A stretch of 15,774 bases of DNA from Candidatus Micrarchaeota archaeon (lineage in GTDB: Archaea; Micrarchaeota; Micrarchaeia; Norongarragalinales; SBBD01), in the NCBI GenBank assembly GCA_038046605.1, contig JBBSVW010000088.1, positions 1-15,774 of the forward strand, given 5' to 3'. The notes below the pieces were generated by a model, which saw only the letters and a list, made by a program, of their open reading frames with translations, was not told the origin of the DNA and made no database searches. The position numbers and the translations under genes are program-made. Positions 7,944 through 13,437 of the stretch are shown one piece after another. Positions within the stretch are counted from its first letter, which is position 1, and each line of letters begins with the position of its first letter.

Positions 7944-8963
7944 CTAAAGCATTTTGAACATGTCAACTAATCTGCTGGAATAGCCCCACTCGTTATCGTA
8001 CCATGCAAGCACTTTTAGCATGTTGCCCTTGATTGAGTTGGGCTGCTTGATTACGCTTGTTAGCTGCGAATCGACAATTGCGCTTGCGGGGTTGCCGATA
8101 ATGTCGGATGAGACAAGGGGCTCTGTTGAATATTCCAAAATGCCCTTCATTTCATTGTTAGCGGCATCCTTGAGCATCGCATTGGCCTCCTCTAGTGAGG
8201 TTTCCCGCTCCACCTGGACCGTAAGGTCGTTAATGGAGCCATCCGGAACGGGTACACGAAGGGAAAGGCCATCCAGTTTTCCTTTTAGTTGGGGCAAAAC
8301 CTCACCAATTGCCTTGGCTGCGCCGGTTGATGTTGGAATGGTGGAAAGGGCCGCCGCCCTTGCGCGCCGAAGGTCCTTGTGTGGCAAATCAAGGATCCGT
8401 TGGTCGTTCGTGTAGGCATGGATGGTCATCATGAAGCCGCTTTTGATCTTGAAATTGTCATCGAGCACTTTTGCAACGGGCGCTAGGCAGTTTGTTGTGC
8501 AGGATGCCATGGAAATGATGTTATGGGTGTTCTTGTCGTAGTTTTGCATGTTGACCCCCGGAACTAGTGTCACATCGGGGTTCTTTGCGGGGGCGGAAAT
8601 CAGCACTTTCCTTGCGCCCTGTGAAAGGTGCACTTGCGCTTGCTCCCTATCGGTGTAAAAACCGGTGCTTTCAAGCACATAATCAACGCCCATCTCCTTC
8701 CATTTGAGCCCTTCAATGGTTTTTTCGGAAAGGATTTGGATGTCATGGCCATTAACGGATAGGGACTTTTCCTTTGCGATTACCTCATAGGCCACTTTGC
8801 CATGGACGGAATCGTATTTGAGCAGATGCGCAAGGGTTTTGGCGTCGGTCAAATCATTAACTGCAACTATATCGAATTGGTTCATGAATGAGTTGTCCTT
8901 GATGGCGGCCCGAAGGAACATCCTTCCGATCCTTCCAAATCCGTTGATTGCCAGGTTTTTCAT
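7944..8963 (-). CDS. gap: Type I (bacterial-type) glyceraldehyde-3-phosphate dehydrogenase
   Basis: AINGFGRIGR, LLKYDSVHG, catalytic ASCTTNCLAP, HAYTNDQ, RVPVPDGS and WYDNEWGYS. True start is MKNLAING at ATG8963 with a GCGGTG SD upstream. Confidence 0.97.
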   Translation of the reverse strand: MKNLAINGFGRIGRMFLRAAIKDNSFMNQFDIVAVNDLTDAKTLAHLLKYDSVHGKVAYEVIAKEKSLSVNGHDIQILSEKTIEGLKWKEMGVDYVLESTGFYTDREQAQVHLSQGARKVLISAPAKNPDVTLVPGVNMQNYDKNTHNIISMASCTTNCLAPVAKVLDDNFKIKSGFMMTIHAYTNDQRILDLPHKDLRRARAAALSTIPTSTGAAKAIGEVLPQLKGKLDGLSLRVPVPDGSINDLTVQVERETSLEEANAMLKDAANNEMKGILEYSTEPLVSSDIIGNPASAIVDSQLTSVIKQPNSIKGNMLKVLAWYDNEWGYSSRLVDMFKML

Positions 8964-8996
8964 ATTAAATGCACCGCGGGTATTACTAGACCAAAA

Positions 8997-9004
8997 TTTA
9001 AATA
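8997..9004 (-). promoter_or_regulatory. Putative archaeal TATA box for gap
   Basis: TATTTAAAT on the minus strand about 35-40 nt upstream of ATG8963. Confidence 0.4.
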
Positions 9005-9117
9005 TCAGGGGGGAAGCGAAAAAATCATCTTGCGCAATTGAGAATGGAAAGTAGGCGGAATTAGCCATTTATTTTTCAAGCGCAATCATAATTAACTCCA
9101 AATCCCATATTTCCCCT

Positions 9118-9228
9118 ATGAATTACCTGCTTTTCATGGAAGGGGATGCCCTGTCAGTTGTTACGATGGTAGCGGTCATTTTCATCCTCTTCAAGCTTTT
9201 GGAGGAGGCGGGGCTTGTCAAGATTTGA
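9118..9228 (+). CDS. Putative 36-aa single-TM peptide MNYLLFMEGDALSVVTMVAVIFILFKLLEEAGLVKI (not in ORF track)
   Basis: Translated by hand; hydrophobic core with a charged C-terminus; the stop abuts the 9231 palindrome. Confidence 0.45.
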   Translation: MNYLLFMEGDALSVVTMVAVIFILFKLLEEAGLVKI

Positions 9229-9230
9229 TT

Positions 9231-9288
9231 GACAAACCCAAGGGGGAGACCCCCTTAGTTTTGTCGGATGCCCAAACCCCCCTAAGTA
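9231..9288 (-). repeat. GACA...TGTC palindrome (35 bp, 9231-9265) with G-rich leader; inverted copy of the family
   Basis: Minus strand reads ACTTAGGGGGGTTTGGGCATCC-GACAAAACTAAGGGGG-TCT-CCCCCTTGGGTTTGTC-AA. Confidence 0.7.
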
Positions 9289-9289
9289 T

Positions 9290-9339
9290 AACTTATTCCA
9301 ACTTACCGCAACTAATTTAAACTTATTTGCGCTAATTCC
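9290..9339 (+). promoter_or_regulatory. Five degenerate 10-bp-period repeats over a TTTAAA TATA box; likely TA promoter/operator
   Basis: AACTTATTCC, AACTTACCGC, AACTAATTTA, AACTTATTTG, CGCTAATTCC immediately upstream of the antitoxin; GGTGGAGG SD follows. Confidence 0.55.
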
Positions 9340-9355
9340 TATTGGTGGAGGCAAT

Positions 9356-9610
9356 ATGGGAATAAGCATGAACCTTAAGGTCAGCAACTATACGGCAAGG
9401 GTTTTGGGCGTAATAAAAGAGAAGTACGGCTTGCGCAACAAGGATGAGGCGTTGGATAGGTTTGCGCAGATGTACGGGGATGAGTTTGCCGACCGCGAAG
9501 TGAAGGAAGAGGTAATTCGAGACGTTTTACGCTCGGTTGATCAACACGTCAAGAAGTATGGGCTAAAGCCAATGACTTTTGACGAACTCGATAAGCTTTG
9601 CGGGGTTTAA
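9356..9610 (+). CDS. Antitoxin, DUF2683-like
   Basis: YTARVLGVIKEKYGLRNKDEALD pattern typical of archaeal DUF2683 proteins; small gene directly upstream of a RelE-like toxin. Confidence 0.75.
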   Translation: MGISMNLKVSNYTARVLGVIKEKYGLRNKDEALDRFAQMYGDEFADREVKEEVIRDVLRSVDQHVKKYGLKPMTFDELDKLCGV

Positions 9611-9615
9611 GGAAG

Positions 9616-9897
9616 ATGGCGTTCAATTATGTGCTTTCAGATCGCCTTAAGGACACCTTGAGGATATTGTCAAAGCGAAATAGGCAGCTCTCCTTAGAGG
9701 CAGATAAGAAAATAAGGCAAATATTGCTTTGTGATGATATTACAATCAACCACTACAAGAATCTTCGGCATGACCTGAGCGAATATAAGCGGGCTCATGT
9801 GGGGAAAAGCTTCGTTTTGATTTTCAAGGTTTTTTATAATGAGAAAATAATTGTTTTCGACCGGCTCGAGCACCACGATGATGCGTATAGGAGATGA
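9616..9897 (+). CDS. RelE/ParE-superfamily toxin
   Basis: HYKNLRHDLSEYKRAHVGKSFVLIF...IVFDRLEHHDDAY matches archaeal RelE/YafQ-like toxins; ATG 5 nt after the antitoxin stop. Confidence 0.85.
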   Translation: MAFNYVLSDRLKDTLRILSKRNRQLSLEADKKIRQILLCDDITINHYKNLRHDLSEYKRAHVGKSFVLIFKVFYNEKIIVFDRLEHHDDAYRR

Positions 9898-9924
9898 AAT
9901 AAAAAATGCGCATATGTCTGATTT

Positions 9925-10392
9925 TCAAGCAGGCTGGGGACCGCAGTTGAAATGCGCATTATCCTGCTTCCAGCGTGTGCCATCTAGGCCATATTCCGGA
10001 GTTGTAAGGCATTTGGGATTGACACCATAAGAAGATGCAAGCAACCCTGTTGGGGAAGGGTTCCATGTCTTGTTTTCGAAGTAACAATTCGGCACTTGCG
10101 CAATCTGGGCTAGGCATACTGCCCTCAATATTCTGGGCTCGCCAATGCCGCCATTTCCGGTGATTGAGAAGGGTAAAGCAATCAGCCCTATGACGAAAAA
10201 AACCAATAGATCCAATCCAGATATGCTCTTTTTCTGGAGGAAATAGATGCCCGAAATGAAGAACACTAAGAAGACCCAGGAATTACTATAACTCGAATCC
10301 GTCCTCAATATGAAAAAGATTATACCAAAAATAATTGATAAAATCAACATGCCTAAAATCAACAGCCTCTCTTTGGGGTTTGGGATCTCCAT
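9925..10392 (-). CDS. Hypothetical membrane protein (3 TM plus a 4-Cys C-terminal domain)
   Basis: ATG start 12 nt after the upstream gene's stop; three hydrophobic helices. Confidence 0.7.
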   Translation of the reverse strand: MEIPNPKERLLILGMLILSIIFGIIFFILRTDSSYSNSWVFLVFFISGIYFLQKKSISGLDLLVFFVIGLIALPFSITGNGGIGEPRILRAVCLAQIAQVPNCYFENKTWNPSPTGLLASSYGVNPKCLTTPEYGLDGTRWKQDNAHFNCGPQPA

Positions 10393-10404
10393 AAAAATCA
10401 GTTT

Positions 10405-11271
10405 TTAGCATGTGACTAGGTAATCCATCATATTCGTGACAAGCGTCTTGCTTGCAGATTGCTCAAGTGGAAAAGCAACATATGCAACCGGGCCGGCGTA
10501 CCTGTTGGCAATGACGGCATCGCAGGGGGCATCCTTGGTGCATTCCTTGGTTCCGTAAATGAAGGCGATTGCATCGCCAGAGGCCGAATTGCGGTTAACA
10601 ATGGAAAATTCCGTAGCATCAATTGGGAACTCCGGACGCAGCCCCCTAGCAATCAAATGGTCTTTTTGTGTGATTGAAAGTGTAAGTTGTTTTCCGGAAT
10701 CATTCTTCTTCCAATTCACCTGCAAAATCTGTGAAAGCGAATCCCCAAAGCCCTTGGTCTGGTTGATTTTTTTTACCAAGCGCTCGTAATAGCCCGGATC
10801 CGTATCATTCCTGTTGAGCGCGTCCTGATAATCATTGGAGGTCAGGTAATGCTCGGTTCCGGAATCCGCAACCCAAAGGAGGGATCCTCCGCTGGAGGCA
10901 TAGTCGCGAAGGGCATTTATCTGCAAGGGTGAGATACGTTTTGCACCCTCCACAATCACAAGCTCATAGCCCTTGAGCACGCCAAGGCTAAGCCTACTCA
11001 TGGGAAGGGGTTCCACATAGGTATAAATGCGGTTCCTTGTGATCATGCGGGAAAGTTCATCCGCATCTCCAAGCCCTCCTTCCCCGTGCACGATTGCAAC
11101 CCTCGAATTGCCTGACATTTTGCAATAAATTGAGCACCAATCACCCGGCACCTGGGAGCAATGGACCCATTTGAACTTGGTGACTACGAATAGCAATATG
11201 AAAACTAGTATGGCAAGCACGATGATGTGGGGGATTTCCTTCTTGAAATCATCGGAAATTGGGGAAGCCAT
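10405..11271 (-). CDS. Membrane-anchored protein with a class I glutamine-amidotransferase-like (ThuA-type) fold
   Basis: N-terminal TM and C-x7-C-x3-C; LKGYELVIV...INALRDYASSGGSLLWVADSG is typical of GATase1-like domains. Start at ATG11271 or ATG11286. Confidence 0.7.
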   Translation of the reverse strand: MASPISDDFKKEIPHIIVLAILVFILLFVVTKFKWVHCSQVPGDWCSIYCKMSGNSRVAIVHGEGGLGDADELSRMITRNRIYTYVEPLPMSRLSLGVLKGYELVIVEGAKRISPLQINALRDYASSGGSLLWVADSGTEHYLTSNDYQDALNRNDTDPGYYERLVKKINQTKGFGDSLSQILQVNWKKNDSGKQLTLSITQKDHLIARGLRPEFPIDATEFSIVNRNSASGDAIAFIYGTKECTKDAPCDAVIANRYAGPVAYVAFPLEQSASKTLVTNMMDYLVTC

Positions 11272-11368
11272 GTAAGAATCACGCATACGGGCAGATGTGG
11301 CAGCCGGGCAAGAGGGCGAAAACCACCTCTGAGAAAACCTTAAACTTACCCCTTAAATACGCAAACAA

Positions 11369-11421
11369 ACTAAGGGGGTGACGACCCGACAAGAGTAGGG
11401 GGATATCCCCATAGGCTTGTC
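11369..11421 (+). repeat. GACA...TGTC palindrome (34 bp, 11388-11421) with G-rich leader; third family copy
   Basis: ACTAAGGGGGTGACGACCC-GACAAGAGTAG-GGGGATATCCCC-ATAGGCTTGTC-AG. Confidence 0.7.
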
Positions 11422-11447
11422 AGCGAATAGTTTAAAACGTTGGAAGC

Positions 11448-11455
11448 TATATAAA
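11448..11455 (+). promoter_or_regulatory. Putative TATA box (TATATAAA) for Sec61beta-thioredoxin
   Basis: Ends 30 nt upstream of ATG11485. Confidence 0.45.
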
Positions 11456-11484
11456 GGTAATATCAGTAAATAAGGTTGGTATTT

Positions 11485-11640
11485 ATGGCAGATGGAAACA
11501 AAATCTCAGCCCCCAGCAGCTCAACTGGAATCATAAGGTTTTATGATGTCAAGAGCTCGAATGTGCAAATCGAGCCCCAGCTTGTGATTGCGGGCACCGT
11601 GATATTCGTGCTGATAGTGCTTGCATTGCAGTACTTTTAG
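11485..11640 (+). CDS. secG: Preprotein translocase subunit Sec61beta (archaeal SecG), 51 aa (not in ORF track)
   Basis: MADGNKISAPSSSTGIIRFYDVKSSNVQIEPQLVIAGTVIFVLIVLALQYF: the S-x-G-hh-R-F-Y...I-x-P-xx-V motif plus a C-terminal TM is the Sec61beta signature. Confidence 0.9.
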   Translation: MADGNKISAPSSSTGIIRFYDVKSSNVQIEPQLVIAGTVIFVLIVLALQYF

Positions 11641-11664
11641 CCCTGATGCTCGAGGTGTGTCGAA

Positions 11665-11982
11665 ATGGCAGTTGTTCATGTAGATAAGGCTAACTTCGAC
11701 AAGGAAGTGCTGAAAAGCGATAGGCCGGTGATTGTGGATTGCTGGGCCAGCTGGTGCGCGCCTTGCAGGATCATGGCGCCTAGGTTTGAGGAGCTTTCAA
11801 ATGAGATGCCAAAAGTCAAGTTTGCCAAATTAAGCACGGAGGAAGCCCCGGAAATTGCGCAGCAATTCGAGGTCATGAGCATCCCAACGCTTATTTTATT
11901 CAAGGATGGGAAAGAAGTCGATAGGATGATTGGCGCCCTTCCAAAGGAGTATTTGAAGGGCTGGCTGGATAAGCACGTTTAA
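11665..11982 (+). CDS. trxA: Thioredoxin
   Basis: [12 protein letters not shown] active site, [19 protein letters not shown] upstream. Confidence 0.96.
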   Translation: MAVVHVDKANFDKEVLKSDRPVIVDCWASWCAPCRIMAPRFEELSNEMPKVKFAKLSTEEAPEIAQQFEVMSIPTLILFKDGKEVDRMIGALPKEYLKGWLDKHV

Positions 11983-12077
11983 ACTGCGAAATAAACTTTT
12001 TTATCGCACCACCTTATTTTTGATTTTTCCAATAGGGCATTAACTATGCTTAATTAAAAAATGGAAAAAAAAGGCAC
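11983..12077. terminator. Convergent oligo-T tracts; probable archaeal terminators for trxA and the dehydrogenase
   Basis: T-runs on + after trxA and A-runs (T-runs on -) after the dehydrogenase stop. Confidence 0.4.
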
Positions 12078-13217
12078 CTACTTTTTAGATGGATTTTTAT
12101 CCGGGCCCCCCTTCCTCGAATCCATCGCCTTTCGCACACGTTCCTTGGCAATTTCAAGGGCGGCTTCCCTTGCCGTCATCTTGGATTCCTTGGCGTGCTT
12201 TAGCACTAGAAGCGTGTTCTTCTTGATCTTCTCCTCTACCGTTTTGAACATCTGCTCGGGAGTGCCATTGATCGTTTCCACATAAGAGGAGATGACACCG
12301 CCGGCGTTTGCAACAAAGTCGGGAATCATCCTAATGCCCCTTTTTTCGAGCTCGGCTTCCACTCGTTCAGGGATTGGAATGTTTGCCGCCTGGACGATCA
12401 TTTTCGCCTTCACAAACGCCTTGTTGGAATCGTTTATCACATCCGGGCGGGCGCCAGGGATGAGAACATCAACCGGGAGCGTAAAGAGATCTTCCACTTT
12501 GAGCACTTTTCCGGGCTTGTAATTGATGACAGAGCCGGTCTTTTTCTTGATGGATTCGAGCACTTTCACATCGAGGCCCATTTCATTGTAAATTGTGCCC
12601 TTGGAATCGGATACCGCAACAATCTTGACGTCGTTTTCGGATAGAAATCTTGCGGTGAAGACGCCCACATTGCCAAACCCTTCTATTGCAACCTTTGTTT
12701 TCTTGGGCTCCCAGCCGTAAAACTCCAAACCAACAAGTGTGGAGTGCGCAACCCCAAAGCCTGTGCTTCCTAATTCGTGGGGAAGGCCGCCAACTGATGC
12801 GGGCTTGCCGGTGGAGGCCTTAAGTGTGCCAACCGCTTCTGCAAACGCCTTCATCTCAACTTCAGAGGTGTTCATGTCGGGGCCGGCGATATATTTGCCA
12901 GGGATTAGGGGCCTAAGTTTTTCCCCAAAAGCCTTCAAATAGGCAATTTTATCAATTTTCTTGGGATCGGCAAGGATGCCAGCTTTTGCGCCTCCGAAGG
13001 GAATGTCCGCAAGCGCGTTCTTCCAGGTCATGGCGCGGGCAAGGCGGTAGACCTCCTGCGCGGAAACATCTGGAACAAGGCGGATTCCTCCCTTTCCTGG
13101 GCCCCGGGCGGTGTTGTCAATAACTAAAATGCCCTCCATGCCGGTTTTTGGGTCGTAAACATTCACGACGTATTCCGGCCCGAATTCATCTGCAACTATT
13201 TTCTCAGAACCTAGCAT
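12078..13217 (-). CDS. gdhA: Glu/Leu/Phe/Val dehydrogenase, probably glutamate dehydrogenase
   Basis: GPGKGGIR, LARAMTWKNA, PFGGAKAG, GPDM, Rossmann motif EGFGNVG, PDFVANAGGVISSY; GAGGTG SD upstream. Confidence 0.85.
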   Translation of the reverse strand: MLGSEKIVADEFGPEYVVNVYDPKTGMEGILVIDNTARGPGKGGIRLVPDVSAQEVYRLARAMTWKNALADIPFGGAKAGILADPKKIDKIAYLKAFGEKLRPLIPGKYIAGPDMNTSEVEMKAFAEAVGTLKASTGKPASVGGLPHELGSTGFGVAHSTLVGLEFYGWEPKKTKVAIEGFGNVGVFTARFLSENDVKIVAVSDSKGTIYNEMGLDVKVLESIKKKTGSVINYKPGKVLKVEDLFTLPVDVLIPGARPDVINDSNKAFVKAKMIVQAANIPIPERVEAELEKRGIRMIPDFVANAGGVISSYVETINGTPEQMFKTVEEKIKKNTLLVLKHAKESKMTAREAALEIAKERVRKAMDSRKGGPDKNPSKK

Positions 13218-13437
13218 GTAAACACCTCAAGGTAAAATGCAAAGTGGAAAAGTTTGTGTGTGGTGGTTTAAATTCATATTGGAATGGGGAATTGGGATAA
13301 GCGGATAGGGAAGCAATATATAATATCCGCTATTGTTGGCAACTTTGAAAAAAATCAACGGGAAGTTTATCCAAAATCAACCAAGCAAATATATTGGGGC
13401 CTTGCAAGCAATAGTTGGTGGGGGCGGGGTTGAAAAA

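Noticed and set aside
8964-9068. 35-aa N-terminal extension of GAPDH in the ORF track
   Set aside because: Homology starts at MKNLAING; the extension covers the SD motif and the putative TATA box.
9154-9387. 77-aa minus-strand ORF
   Set aside because: It runs across the palindrome, the TA promoter and the antitoxin start, with no protein-like features.
5915-11421. CRISPR repeats or integron attC sites
   Set aside because: The copies are kilobases apart, divergent and in mixed orientation, with no spacer periodicity. They lack RYYYAAC/GTTRRRY ends, and no cas or intI gene is present.
9231-11421. Archaeal replication origin ORB elements (G-strings)
   Set aside because: No TCCA-N-TGGAAA ORB core and no adjacent orc1/cdc6 gene; only the G-runs resemble ORBs.
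11331-11440. Possible duplication flanking E3 (GAGAAAACCTTAAAC versus GCGAATAGTTTAAAAC), analogous to the GNAT case
   Set aside because: Similarity is weak and explained by generic BRE-TATA composition.
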